A stretch of DNA of 63,525 bases, filler included, from Octopus bimaculoides (GCF_001194135.2; 4 parts of 4 records of this genome joined end to end with filler, not necessarily neighbours in it); one strand, 5' to 3'. Counted from the first letter of the whole stretch, positions 24,815-37,427 are shown. Numbers and translations: made by a program. Notes: generated by a model from the sequence alone, not told the origin.

Positions 24815-25463
24815 AATATTCAGCCACTCAATATTCACATATACACATACCTTAATATCCATTTAATATCCACATACATACATATATAAAACTTACTTGG
24901 AGGCAATGCGTGGCGTTCGATCATATAATAACATAAATAATATATAATTATATGCATATATCCATACATATATGTACATACCGACATCTATATGTATACA
25001 TACAAGCATATATGGGTACAGGACATCACAAAAAACGTTAACCATAATGGAAAACGAAAACATAAAAACGAAAACAGAAAACGAACTTTTTTTCGAATAC
25101 ATACATACGTATATATATGCATGCATGCATTCAATCTTTTAGCGGCACAGTGAAGATTTGTAAGGTATTCCAAAGATTCTGTATTTGAGATGCTTTAGAT
25201 GAATATATGTACACACTTGGGTGTGTGCTTCGACAGGTCAACCCACACACCAACTCAACCCCACATGTTTACAAACACCGGAAACTCTCTCAACTCAAAA
25301 AGTCTTGTCCTTTGTTAGCGACCAACTTGAACTCTTTTCAGAAAAATAAAACTCAAAGAAAACACATAATACTATTATACATACATAGATATATATATAT
25401 CTCTGTATATCTATGCAGTCAACATCTCCTTCCTTTCTCTCACTCTCTCTTTCTCTCTATCTA

Positions 25464-25520
<57 letters not shown>

Positions 25521-26408
25521 TCATACATACATACATACACAAACACATATATATTTCCAGCCCAAATCTGCACACTATATCTAAAATATATGTATGTATG
25601 CATATATGTATGTATGCATGTATGTATGTATATCTGTATGCATGTATACTCAACTATTAAGTAAACGTCTACACAGTTGGCATATCTATGAATTTACCTC
25701 CAAATACATTTTCTATCTAACTGGTCCATATTTAAACACTGTCAAACTAATGAACAAAGACTATTATTATATCTGCTGAGAAGACATCTAAAGTCTATAT
25801 CTATTAAAACTATCTTCCAATCAATGTTGTATCTTGGGAAAAATTACAAGCGGTCGCCATTTTAATTATATACACTATTCAGAAATATTGGCAAAATGAA
25901 ATAAAAATAATTTTCGAAAACCAGATATTAGTAAAAGAGAAGGAAGAAGACGAGAATGAGGGGGATCAGAGGCAGGATGGGAGGCATTGAAGGAGGAGGT
26001 GGAAAATATACCTATATATTAGAATAACAAGAAAATTATCAAACCAGCGAAACAATATTTTAATCATCGTCTCAAAAATCAATATTGTATTCAGCATCAT
26101 CACCAAAAGCTCTACTTTGCCGTCACCATCGCCATTATAATTGCCATCAACTTCACCATCACCGTCAATATCACCGTTATTATCGCAACAACAACAACAA
26201 CAACAGACATGACGAACGTCGACATTAATATTATACCAAAGAACGTTACTACCGCCATTACCACCATCAGCAGCAGTGGCGGCAGTACCACCACCACCAT
26301 CACCACCACCACCACCACCACCACCACCACCACAACAGAATAAAAAAACACAACATTCACCCCGCCACCACCACCGCCGCCATCACCATGTTTTATTATT
26401 ATTATTAT

Positions 26409-26636
26409 TAGGCAAGTTAGCAGAATCGATAGTAGGCCAGGCAAAATGTTTAGCGGCATTGGTTCCAAATTATGGCACAAGACCAGTGAAGTCGAATATA
26501 TCGACCGACCCCAGTGCTCAGCTGGTACTCTTTTTACCAACTCCGAAACAATGAAAGACAAACTCAGACTATAAAGTTCGAAGAAATGTCCCAAAGAATT
26601 TTGTCGGGCGCAGTAACGATTCTGTCAGGTCGCCGC
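26409..26636. mobile_element. SINE A head (+) interrupted by an inverted SINE A copy (-)
   Basis: 26409-26460 is a + strand head; 26461-26636 is a reverse-complement tail-core-head. Confidence 0.7.
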
Positions 26637-26684
26637 TGTAGGTGTTAAATATATTAATATTTACAACACTTTCATTCGGTTAAC

Positions 26685-26738
26685 TGTGACTGACGAGCTA
26701 GGTTCTCGTAAGAAGTCTACGAAACTTTAAGTCTCATG
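26685..26738 (+). ncRNA. Type-I hammerhead ribozyme candidate with canonical core
   Basis: UGUGA-CUGACGA-[G(C)UAGGUUCU-CGUA-AGAA(G)UCUAC]-GAA-ACU(UUA)AGU-C-UCAUG. All conserved core nucleotides are present, with G10.1-C11.1, a GUC cleavage triplet at C26733 and three complementary stems. Confidence 0.65.
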
Positions 26739-26776
26739 AGGACGAATCGAATTCTTTTAAATAATAATAGTAATAA

Positions 26777-27108
26777 TCCTTTCTATTATAGTCATAAGGC
26801 CTGAAATTTTGGTGGAGGAAGCTTGTGGATTACATCGATCCCGGTTTTCAAATGGTACTAATTTTATCGCCCCTACTGCTTCCATTACCACTAATACCAG
26901 CACCATCACCAGCACCAGCAACAGCACCAGAACCAGCAACAACAACAGCAGCACCATCACGACCACTACCACCACTACCACCATCAGCACCACCATCACA
27001 ACAGCAAACAAAGTCGACCTCAGAGGATTTTGTACTAAGAAAGTGAAGACGGATGAAATACCGCTAGACATTTTTTCCTGGCCTACTATCGATTCTGCTA
27101 ACTCGCCC
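26777..27108 (-). mobile_element. SINE family A split by a ~135-nt cryptic trinucleotide tract
   Basis: Tail at 26777-26873, core/head at 27009-27108, with an (ACC/AGC/AAC)-like tract between. Confidence 0.8.
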
Positions 27109-27162
<54 letters not shown>

Positions 27163-27177
27163 GATGATAATGATAAT

Positions 27178-27213
<36 letters not shown>

Positions 27214-27344
27214 AATAATAATAATAATAACAATAATAATAATAATAATGGTAATGATATAACAATAATATATACACATATCAGTAGCACTGCTTTGAAT
27301 GTTTTATCAAATTAAGCATCTCTAGTACTGATTTTTAAATCTGA

Positions 27345-27690
27345 TACTCATTTTATCAACGTTCTTTTGCCGAACCGCTTAGTTACGGTAGGAACAAACC
27401 TATGCCAATTGTCAAGCGATAGTGGGTGTCAAACAGAAACTCAAAGGTACACAAATATACATACATACATACATTCATACATGCATGAATATATTCATAC
27501 ATACATACGTACAGTACACACATATACGACGGGCTTCTCCACATTTTCCGGCGACCAAATTTACAGGCAATGCACTGCTCGACTCTTAGGCTATCGAAGA
27601 AGATACCTACTCAACATGCTGCACAGCGGGACTGAACCCAAGATCAAGTGGTTGCAAAGCGGTGTGCTTACCCAAACAGTCATCTACTCG
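27345..27690 (-). mobile_element. SINE family B with internal (ATAC)n
   Basis: CTTTTGCCGAACCGCTTAGTTACGG (tail) and GCACAGCGGGACTGAACCC (head) flank a microsatellite. Confidence 0.8.
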
Positions 27691-28037
27691 TCTGAAGTGA
27701 ACAATAAATACACATACAGTGTAAATTTAGACCGATCCTTCCCCTAACCCTTTGCCATCTTTCATACGTGTAAATAATATTGAAAAGCTAATTACAAAGC
27801 TAAGAAGTAATTAGCAGAGGCATGTTGCAAGATCATAGAAGCAATAGCAGATACTTTGTTACACACCTAAAACATTTGCTATTTCAATTATAGTTGTTAG
27901 CGAGTGGTGAAATATTGCATTGACGCAGCATAAATACACCCTCGTATAAATAAAACTATGTAGGTGTATGTGTTCGTGTGTGTGTTTATGTATGTATGTA
28001 TGCGTATATATATGTATGTATGTATATATGTATATAC

Positions 28038-28072
<35 letters not shown>

Positions 28073-28713
28073 GATCGATAGATATATAATTATATACACA
28101 CACACACATATTGTACATATCCATATATATTTGTATACATACATACATATATATATATTTAAATATATATATTTATGTATGTATGTATATATCTATCTGG
28201 GATGTGATAAATATAGATATAACCTTTCGTGCGCATGAGCTGAAACGCCTCCATACTGCATACATATCTCAGAAACTCTGTGTCGATTATGTTTGAGTAT
28301 GCGTGTGTTTGTGTGATTTTGTTTGGGTATGCGTGTACGTAATTGTATGCTTGCGTATTCATGCGTGTGACCGTATGCGTGTCTGGGCGCGCGCGTGCAT
28401 TAATATTTACAAGTCTTAAATGTATTGTTATATTCATAACATGATTTCATTTATCTTGTCATTTGTACATTTTGATCTCGCAGGAGTGAGAGACAAACTG
28501 TTGTTTTCTCAAGCTTCGTTACGCGGAAATAACAATGATCCCAGACCCCACCCTCACATACACATACACGTGCGCGCACGCAAAACACGCTGGTCCCCAG
28601 ATGTCGATACTGATCGCTTTAGTATCTTAAACGGAAAAGACCAAAAAACCAGTGCTTCATGTGTATGTGCAAGCGACGAAATACATCCGAAACTAAAACA
28701 ATAGGCCGACCAA

Positions 28714-28808
28714 GGCCGATAGAATAAGTCCTGGGGTCGATTTGCTCGACTAAAGGCGGTGCTCCAGCATGGCCGCAGTCAAATGACTGAAACAAGTAAA
28801 TGAGTAAA
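28714..28808 (+). mobile_element. SINE family B 3' tail
   Basis: GAATAAGTCCTGGGGTCGATTTGCTCGACTAAAGGCGGTGCTCCAGCATGGCCGCAGTCAAATGACTGAAACAAG. Confidence 0.9.
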
Positions 28809-28929
28809 GGAGTCATATTAAATATATAATTAAATAATCAAATAAATAAATAGATAATTAAATAAAATAGATTAGATATTAAATAGATATTAAATAATAT
28901 TAAATAATAGATATTAAATAAAAATGTGA

Positions 28930-28998
28930 ATAAATGTAAATAAATAATTGTGAATAAATATTACATTTGACAGAATAATCTCTAAGTTAAAGGGTTAA
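28930..28998 (+). mobile_element. Right end of a piggyBac-type MITE
   Basis: Ends ...TAAAGGG-TTAA and shares ACATTTGACAG..AATC with the 35357-35578 copy. Confidence 0.45.
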
Positions 28999-29399
28999 TA
29001 TGTTTATATTTTCAGATATATGTTTTGTATATTCAAATTATAACTTTAAAGTACCAATATGCTTCGCTTTTTTCCTCCGACAAAACTCATCACACGAATG
29101 GCAGACATTTTCGCAAGATAAAACAATTACTGTTATATGAATGCCCTGAAAATATAATTATAGATTTCGGAAGAATCATACCATTATTCCCATTTCTTTT
29201 GCTTTGTGTCATTTTCTGAAAGTAATTTGTTGGACTGATTCTTTTGTTTAGAGCAAAATGTGTATGAACATGTTCTACTTGAAGCCTCCGAAAGATAGAT
29301 AACGCAATGACGACGGTTTTAAGCTAAAAAAAAAAGAATGTTTCTGTCGGTTAATGATGTTTAAGATGGATCTGGACAGTTTCATTTTATCTTTTATTT

Positions 29400-29600
29400 G
29401 TTTGTTTGTGTCATTTGACTGCGGCCATGCTGGGGCAGCATCTTGACGGGTCTCGTGGGAAAAAAAAAATCGCTCTTTGCACTTAGTCTATAGGGTCCTA
29501 GTGCTGAATTGTTACGTTACGGAAATGCAAGCAAGACAACACTGGTTAGCAAATGGTGGTGAGGGAAAACACGAGGGCAAAGACACAAATACATACATAC
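29400..29600 (-). mobile_element. SINE family B 3' half (diverged)
   Basis: GTCATTTGACTGCGGCCATGCTGGGGCAGC is the reverse complement of the tail. Confidence 0.7.
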
Positions 29601-29639
29601 TTACATGTATCTGTATATAAATATTTGTGTGTGTGAGTG

Positions 29640-29672
<33 letters not shown>

Positions 29673-29674
29673 GT

Positions 29675-29726
<52 letters not shown>

Positions 29727-29826
29727 NNNNNNNNNNNNNNNNNNNNNNNNNNNNNNNNNNNNNNNNNNNNTTAATTAATTAANNNNNNNNNNNNNNNNNN
29801 NNNNNNNNNNNNNNNNNNNNNNNNNN
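29727..29826. other. Artificial assembly spacer 44N-TTAATTAATTAA-44N
   Basis: Exactly 100 nt, with identical constructs at 56140-56239 and 58008-58107. The 12-mer has stops in all six frames. Confidence 0.95.
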
Positions 29827-29991
29827 AGAGAGAGAGTGAGAGAAAGGAATAGATATTTGTTTTCAAATTTACAGATGCATATATTTATCTTTTTTGTTAG
29901 TGTTTAGTACTAAATTTCAAACTACCGCATATATGTGTGTGAGTTTGTGTGTGTGTTAATGTATGTATATATGTATATAAATTTGTATATG

Positions 29992-30023
<32 letters not shown>

Positions 30024-30801
30024 CATACATATAAATACACATATACATATACATACATATATATATATGTATGTGCGTATGTATGTATGTATGTATGTAT
30101 ACGTACAAGACAGAGAGATAAACATTTATTTTCAATTTTACAGATATATTCAGTTCTTTTCTTTGTGCTTTGTTAATACATTTTAAACTTATATATGTGT
30201 GTGTATGTATGTATATATATGAGTATATACATTGTATATACATACATACTCGCGTGCACGCACACACACACACATATACACACAAAAGTGTGTGTGTATG
30301 TGCGTTTCTGTGTATGTATATGTATATGTATACATAAATATGTATGTATAGATACATACGTATTTGTATGTGTGTATTCTTTTCTCATTAATATTTGTAA
30401 AATGTCTCATATTTAACATAATTTCCTCCTCTCCATAATTAAATTCGTAACTCTTATATTCTTTCCTCCTTTCCTAGACATGCTGGCTCGAATACTCACT
30501 CCTACCGCCAAAACCCTTTTATAAGTTTTTTTTTTTCCATTTTAATATTCGTTCCAGCCTCAGTACATTTGATTTTTCTCGTTGTTACAACCCCACCCTT
30601 TCCGTAGGAAGAGTTAATCTTATAACCCCCACCATACCTTTTCTGTTAAGAATTATGTTCTATTATTCTCTCACCCCCACCTCCCTCCCCGTATACAGGT
30701 TTGTTATTCTTGTATTCGTTCTCTTTTGTAGTACTGCTTATTCTTATAATCTTTCTCCTTTTTTTGTAAGATGTTTCGTTTTAGCATTTTTCACAGTGTG
30801 T

Positions 30802-31193
30802 AAGGCGGTGAGCTGGCAGAATCGTTAGTACGCCGGCGAAATGCTTAGTGGTATTTCATCTCTCTTTATGTTCTGAGTTCAAGTTCTGCCGAGATTGACT
30901 TTGCCTTTCATCCTTTCGGAGGTCGATGAAATAAGCACTAGTTAGGCACTGGGGCCGATATAATCGACTTAATCCCTTTGTCTGTCCTTGTTTGTCCCCT
31001 ATGTGTGTAGCCTCTTGTGGACAATAAAGAAATAAGAATCGTTAGCACGCCTGGCTAAATGCTTAGCGGTATTTCATCTGTCTTTACGTTCTGAGTTCAA
31101 ATTCCGCCGAGGTTGACTTTGCCTTTCATTCTTTCGGGGTCGATGAAATAAGTACCAGTTTCGTACTGGGGCAGATCTAATCGACTGGCCCCC
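30802..31193 (+). mobile_element. Dimeric/tandem SINE family A
   Basis: A long-tail monomer (30802-31036) is joined at GAAATAAG|AATCGTTAGCACG to a second monomer lacking the first ~16 nt. Confidence 0.9.
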
Positions 31194-31882
31194 AGATTTA
31201 CGTTCTGAGTTCAAAAAGGCAGGGTCCATGATCCGTTATGACGGATGGGAGGGAAGGAGGAAGGTCCTCTCAAACGGGAAAGAGCAGCAAGACGTTTGCA
31301 GCAGAGTGAAGTTCACTAAGGCTACTGAAGGTGCCTAGTGGTTTGTTAAACAGACAGATATATTAAGTCGCCCACACAAGTGGCATATGGCGAGATTTGA
31401 ACTCAGAACGCAAACAACCGGAACAAATAATTACAAGGCATCCAGCCTGACGGTCTTAAGTTCCACTGATTCATCGCCAGAGTTGAGTATTTTTTCTTAA
31501 TGACCCAGAAAGGTTGACAAGTAAATTTGACCTCGTTTGGTTTTAAGCTCAGCGCTCAAAGAGTTGGAATTGCTGTTGTTATATTGCTACTGCTGTTTTT
31601 GTTGTTGTTGTGGCGGTGGTAGTAGCGGTAGAGGTGGTGATGGTGGTGATAGTGGTAGTGGTGGTGGTGGTTGGTAGTGGTGTTGGTATACAGAAGATCA
31701 GCCATACATTATCATTCAACAGACGCTGCGTTGGTCCTACTCGAACTTGATTCTCAAGCAACGATCGAGTTTCCAGCAGAGATATCATACTTTTCTGCTT
31801 GATATGGTTGTTGTTGTTGTTGTTGTTACTATTATTGCGGTTACCGCTTTTGTTATGCATGGTGTCACTGTTTTCTTTTTAA

Positions 31883-31916
<34 letters not shown>

Positions 31917-31918
<2 letters not shown>

Positions 31919-32320
31919 GACGGCAGATTCGTTAGCACGCTGGACGAAATGCTTAGAGGCATTTCGTCCGTCTTTACATTCTGAGTTCAAATTCCGCCGA
32001 GGTCGACTTTGCCTTTCATCCTTTCGAGGTCTATAAATTAAATACCAGTTACGTACTGAGGTCGATCTAATCGACTAGCCTCCTTCCCCAATAAATTTCG
32101 GACCTTGTGCCTGGAGATGAGAAAGAATATTTAGTCCCAGCACAGCTCCGACTGAGAAGACATTTAAGCAAAGACTTTCTAACCATGGCCATCACTTAAA
32201 AAAAAAAATTTTTTTCGATGAAAAGCGAAACCAGGATCACGTTATGCTAAGGCTGTGAGGTGCGATTTGAAGATTTGTCTGCTGTTTTAGGGGGTCAACC
32301 GACCACATAGAGGAAACCTC
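31917..32320 (+). mobile_element. SINE family A plus 3' extension module
   Basis: Full A body to ~32130, then CCCAGCACAGCTCC...GATTTGTCTGCTG...GACCACATAGAGG. Related extension pieces appear at ~440-520, ~12670-12730 (-) and ~63200-63285. Confidence 0.8.
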
Positions 32321-32759
32321 GCTTCATCATTGCTGCCTGTTTTAGCTGATGATACTACTACTACTACTACTACTATTGCTGCTACTGCTACTGCTGCTGC
32401 ATTTGTAATATTATGTTATGTGTTTATACGATATCAGTTTCTTTGTTTTACTTTTAAGCTCCATGTTTTATTAGCGAAATGACATTTGAAGCAGCTAAAT
32501 AGGAAACCAGCAACAACATGTATTAATGTAGCAGCAGCAGCAGCAGTAGCAGCAGTAGCAGCAGGTGTTCTTCGCGGGTGACTGGCGGCTGTGTGAGGAA
32601 TTTCGATAATTTGTTTTTTTATTATCATTTCATTTGACGCAATGGTTTGGATTATAAATAACAAACCACTAGCGTTGGTGGCGGTGGTGGTGGTCGTGGT
32701 GGCGGTGGTGGGCGTGGTGGTCGTGGACGTACAACGTAAGGTATATGCATTAAAAGTTA

Positions 32760-32903
32760 GAGAAGAGGAGGAGGAGGAGGAGGAGGAGGAGAGGTGGAGA
32801 AAGAGGAGAAGGTGAGAGAATGAATGAATGAGGGAGTGAATGAAATAAAATTTCAATGAAAGATTCGATAAAGCAAACAGTAAGTTAATGAATGAATGAC
32901 AGA

Positions 32904-32951
<48 letters not shown>

Positions 32952-32991
32952 AGAAGAAGAAGAAGAAGAAGAAGAAGAAGAAGAAGAAGGA

Positions 32992-33022
<31 letters not shown>

Positions 33023-33190
33023 AAGAAGAAGAAGAAGAAGAAGAAGAAGGAAAAGGGAGAGAAAGACAGAAAGACAGAAAGAAGGAAATAAAGAAAGAAA
33101 GAAAGAAAGAATGAATGAATGAATGAAGGAATGAATGAGTGAATGAATAAATGAATGAAAGTGTGAAAGAAAGAAAGAAAGAAAGAAGAG
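32760..33190. repeat. Compound purine-rich microsatellite (GAG/GAAT/GA/GAA/GAAA)
   Basis: Directly visible; source of the poly-F/poly-R ORFs. Confidence 0.97.
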
Positions 33191-33319
33191 GAAAACCTCA
33201 TCTGAGGTTGAAACAGTTTCACTTTCTCACCCTCCCCCCCAAAAGAAATAGCTGACCAGTCCCACCAAATATGCCCCTCCCTCTTTAATAAATGTTTGAT
33301 CAACAGAAACAGCTCTTGT

Positions 33320-33423
33320 GCGAGATCTAATCTTAGAACGTAAAAAGTAGAAGAGTAGAACGTAAAGACAGACGAAATACCGCTAAGAGTCTTGCAGGGC
33401 TTGCTAACGATTCTGCCAGCCCA
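33320..33423 (-). mobile_element. SINE family A head fragment
   Basis: CGTAAAGACAGACGAAATACCGCTAAG...GCTAACGATTCTGCCAGC. Confidence 0.85.
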
Positions 33424-33639
33424 CTGGTGTTCCATTCTTTATATATAAGAAGTCAAATTAAAGCCCATAAGTATATCATTTCCCTTTCTATAGACCAATA
33501 ATTTTGTCAGAATTATGGCTTCAAAATGAAAAAAAGAAAACGATTATAATTGCTTCAAGCAGCAAATTTATACCCCAGTCCTTTAAATCCAGGTAAAATA
33601 TCCTCATTCCGAATACCTCACGGTGTTTGGGCAATAAAT

Positions 33640-33880
33640 AATAAAAAAAAAAAGCTATGAAGCGTTAAGTTATAGAATGTAGGTGAGAAGAGGTTGGGTT
33701 CCATAAATTAACATGGTCTTCTGAATGGATAGACAGGTGATAGCAAGAGGTTTATTTAAAGGTGGGGCTGAGATCATGGGAAGCCACGTAGAACGGCTGG
33801 GAACCACAAGAGACAGAAAAAGACGTCGAGATAGTATAGAGCGGAGAACGTATTCAAGAAGAACTTTGTTTGGACGCAGA
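33640..33880 (-). mobile_element. Possible CR1/L2-like LINE 3' remnant
   Basis: Degraded translations RRLFLSL...SAPPLNKPLAITCLS...LWN...YNL resemble CR1-type C-termini; heavily mutated. Confidence 0.3.
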
Positions 33881-33990
33881 TTCTATGTTACATCATCTTC
33901 AAGTGTTTTCGATAAATTGTCAATATCATTCTAGATACGCACATACAAATACATACATGGGTACAGACATACATACATATGTATATATGC

Positions 33991-34031
<41 letters not shown>

Positions 34032-34619
34032 NNNNNNNNNNNNNNNNNNNNNNNNNNNNNNNNNNNNNNNNNNNNNNNNNNNNNNNNNNNNNNNNNNNNN
34101 NNNNNNNNNNNNNNNNNNNNNNNNNNNNNNNNNNNNNNNNNNNNNNNNNNNNNNNNNNNNNNNNNNNNNNNNNNNNNNNNNNNNNNNNNNNNNNNNNNNN
34201 NNNNNNNNNNNNNNNNNNNNNNNNNNNNNNNNNNNNNNNNNNNNNNNNNNNNNNNNNNNNNNNNNNNNNNNNNNNNNNNNNNNNNNNNNNNNNNNNNNNN
34301 NNNNNNNNNNNNNNNNNNNNNNNNNNNNNNNNNNNNNNNNNNNNNNNNNNNNNNNNNNNNNNNNNNNNNNNNNNNNNNNNNNNNNNNNNNNNNNNNNNNN
34401 NNNNNNNNNNNNNNNNNNNNNNNNNNNNNNNNNNNNNNNNNNNNNNNNNNNNNNNNNNNNNNNNNNNNNNNNNNNNNNNNNNNNNNNNNNNNNNNNNNNN
34501 NNNNNNNNNNNNNNNNNNNNNNNNNNNNNNNNNNNNNNNNNNNNNNNNNNNNNNNNNNNNNNNNNNNNNNNNNNNNNNNNNNNNNNNNNNNNNNNNNNNN
34601 NNNNNNNNNNNNNNNNNNN

Positions 34620-34658
<39 letters not shown>

Positions 34659-34925
34659 TACATTGATATATATATACATTCACTGATTCATTCATATATA
34701 TATTTTGTCATACGCACATTCATTCATGCATGAATACAAACATACATACAAACGTACGTACGTACGTACAAATTTACATATTCACCCACGCTCATAGATA
34801 ACCGTTGAAGCATGCAGATATATCGCTAACATACTGTGCGTATAAATCTCTAGGTACTCTGTTACACCTTTTATATATTTCACAAACACTGAGCAGTACT
34901 CTTCTAGATATGCCTATGCATATGT

Positions 34926-35186
34926 GGAGGGGCGATGGCCCTGTGGTTAGGGCAGCGGGCTCGCAGTCGGAGGATCGCGGTTTCGATTCCCAGACCGGGT
35001 GTTGTGTGTGTATATTGAGAGAAAACACCTAAAGCTCTACGAGGCTCCGTGGCGACCCTTGTACTCTTTCGCCCCAACTTTCTCTCACTCTTTCTTCCTG
35101 CATCTTGAGTAACGCTGCGATGGACTGGCGTCCCGTCCAATTGGGGGCGGGGACACACGACATAGAAACCGGGAAACCGGGCCCAA
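34926..35186 (+). mobile_element. SINE family D (tRNA head, V-domain-like motif)
   Basis: TGGCCCTGTGG A-box-like, GTTTCGATTCC B-box, and GAGTAACGCTGCGATGGACTGGCGTCCCGTCCA...GAAACCGGGAAACCGGGCCCA. Confidence 0.85.
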
Positions 35187-35356
35187 GTACATCCGTTGTG
35201 AATTCGGCGTATCCAATGATTTTACGTAACACCGCTCTGCACAGTTGCGAGTGACTGACTATCAAGAAGAGAAGACCCAATACATAATAATACATAAGGA
35301 AACGAACTCATGACAGCGAGATAACAGTTAGCCAGGAATCAACAAGTGTAGCTTAA

Positions 35357-35578
35357 CCCTGTAACATTTGAAATGGTCATATAAGTCTAAAATATTCTAC
35401 CTGGTTTATGTTCAAATTAGAAAGATCTGGCCTCCCCCATCTATGATCCCATGTCGTTCTAAATGAAAATAATCACGGCATTGAAATTTCAAAGCCACGA
35501 TATGCGGTACGATTAGTGAAAATTACGGTGAATAAACAACCACACATTTGACAGGACAATCGGAATGCTCAACAGTGA
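35357..35578 (+). mobile_element. piggyBac-type MITE (degraded)
   Basis: Starts TTAA-CCCTGTAACATT; the right end GAATGCTCAACAG is degraded. The subterminal sequence is shared with 28930-28998. Confidence 0.5.
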
Positions 35579-35623
35579 AACATGGTCATTGGAGATGCTT
35601 CGTAATAGCAGACAAATCTCACT

Positions 35624-35781
35624 CAGGTGTGACTGTGTGGTAAATAGCTTGTTTACCAACCACATAGTTCTCGGTTCAGTCCTACAGTGTGTCATCTTGG
35701 ACAAGTTTCTTCTACAATAGTCTCGGGTCGACCAAAGCCTTGTGAGTGGATCTGGTAGACGGAAACTGGAAGAAGTCCGTC

Positions 35782-35817
<36 letters not shown>

Positions 35818-35842
35818 GGGTCTCGAGTATTTGTCCCCCCAA
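35624..35842 (+). mobile_element. SINE family B 5' half running into (TA)n
   Basis: GGTTCAGTCCTACAG...GGTAGACGGAAACTGGAAGAAGTCCGTCG-(TA)n. Confidence 0.88.
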
Positions 35843-37008
35843 CATATATATATATATATATATANNNNNNNNNNNNNNNNNNNNNNNNNNNNNNNNNNNN
35901 NNNNNNNNNNNNNNNNNNNNNNNNNNNNNNNNNNNNNNNNNNNNNNNNNNNNNNNNNNNNNNNNNNNNNNNATGTAAAATGAATAGAAATGGTTTTTCTG
36001 ATAACTTTTCCATCTTAATAATATTTATAACAAACTTTTGTAAAATTATAGACATTTAATTATTAAAGTGAAAAAATTGGGACAAACGTCATTTCTATTA
36101 ATTTTTTCATATATATAGTACTGTACCAAGAAGTTTCTATTTCTTATTTGTGTGTGTGTGTGTTTGTGTGTTGGATAATGAGATTCCGGATTGCTTGCAT
36201 TTAGGAGAAAGAAAAGACAGCCACGGTAGGAACGCCATTAAGTTTATAAATGTTAATATATTGGTTAAAGTTTAGAGAGAGGTTAAGTTTGCTCACGACG
36301 ACAGTTGCTCACCGTGAGATCTACACTGACCCATATCTACATAGTTCTCTACCTACTCACGTACATAGCAAACTACTTACCTGTCTATCTACCTGGAAGT
36401 AGACCTGGGGTTAAACAACAACAACAACAAAAACAACAACAACATAGATCAACAACGTTAAGAAGAGAAGTGTCAATGAATTCAAGTGAGATAAATATGA
36501 CGTAAATGATTCAAATTTTTATTTATTTTCAATCTTATTGATAAAATGAAATAAAATAAAATAAAATAAAATAAAATAGAAAAAAAACAAATTCACCTCT
36601 TAACATATACAAGTCTAGTGTTTAATGAGAGTTGAGACGTGAGGTACATAAAGGAGACAGACAGAGAGATAGATAGATAGACAGATAGATAGATAGGTAG
36701 GTTAAGGTAGGTATCGAAGTAGATAGGTAGGTAAGTGTGTAGGAAGGTAGGTAGGCAGGTAGATAGAGTGTGAGGGATGGAAATGGATAGGTGGGTAGGT
36801 AGGTAGGTGTTGTTTCTATATCACAATGAACAGCTGTCAAGCAGAGGAAACTTAGCCGCTCTCGAAAGTTTTATCACGAATTAAAGGATTAAACCAGGAG
36901 AAAAAGACACTTTGTAAAAAAACCGCCATTTATTTTGACGTTTTGAGCTCCGTCCATTAATCAATTATATGTATGTATGTAAGTAGGTATGTATCTATGT
37001 ACCTATCT

Positions 37009-37042
<34 letters not shown>

Positions 37043-37427
37043 NNNNNNNNNNNNNNNNNNNNNNNNNNNNNNNNNNNNNNNNNNNNNNNNNNNNNNNNNN
37101 NNNNNNNNNNNNNNNNNNNNNNNNNNNNNNNNNNNNNNNNNNNNNNNNNNNNNNNNNNNNNNNNNNNNNNNNNNNNNNNNNNNNNNNNNNNNNNNNNNNN
37201 NNNNNNNNNNNNNNNNNNNNNNNNNNNNNNNNNNNNNNNNNNNNNNNNNNNNNNNNNNNNNNNNNNNNNNNNNNNNNNNNNNNNNNNNNNNNNNNNNNNN
37301 NNNNNNNNNNNNNNNNNNNNNNNNNNNNNNNNNNNNNNNNNNNNNNNNNNNNNNNNNNNNNNNNNNNNNNNNNNNNNNNNNNNNNNNNNNNNNNNNNNNN
37401 NNNNNNNNNNNNNNNNNNNNNNNNNNN

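Noticed and set aside
32434-33435. 333-aa ORF, the longest gap-free ORF not overlapping the 45.9-47 kb repeats
   Set aside because: It is built from an antisense SINE head and the purine microsatellite block.
24293-35000. tRNA-like A/B boxes at 24293 and 34926 as possible tRNA genes
   Set aside because: They continue into SINE bodies and do not form a complete cloverleaf with acceptor stem.
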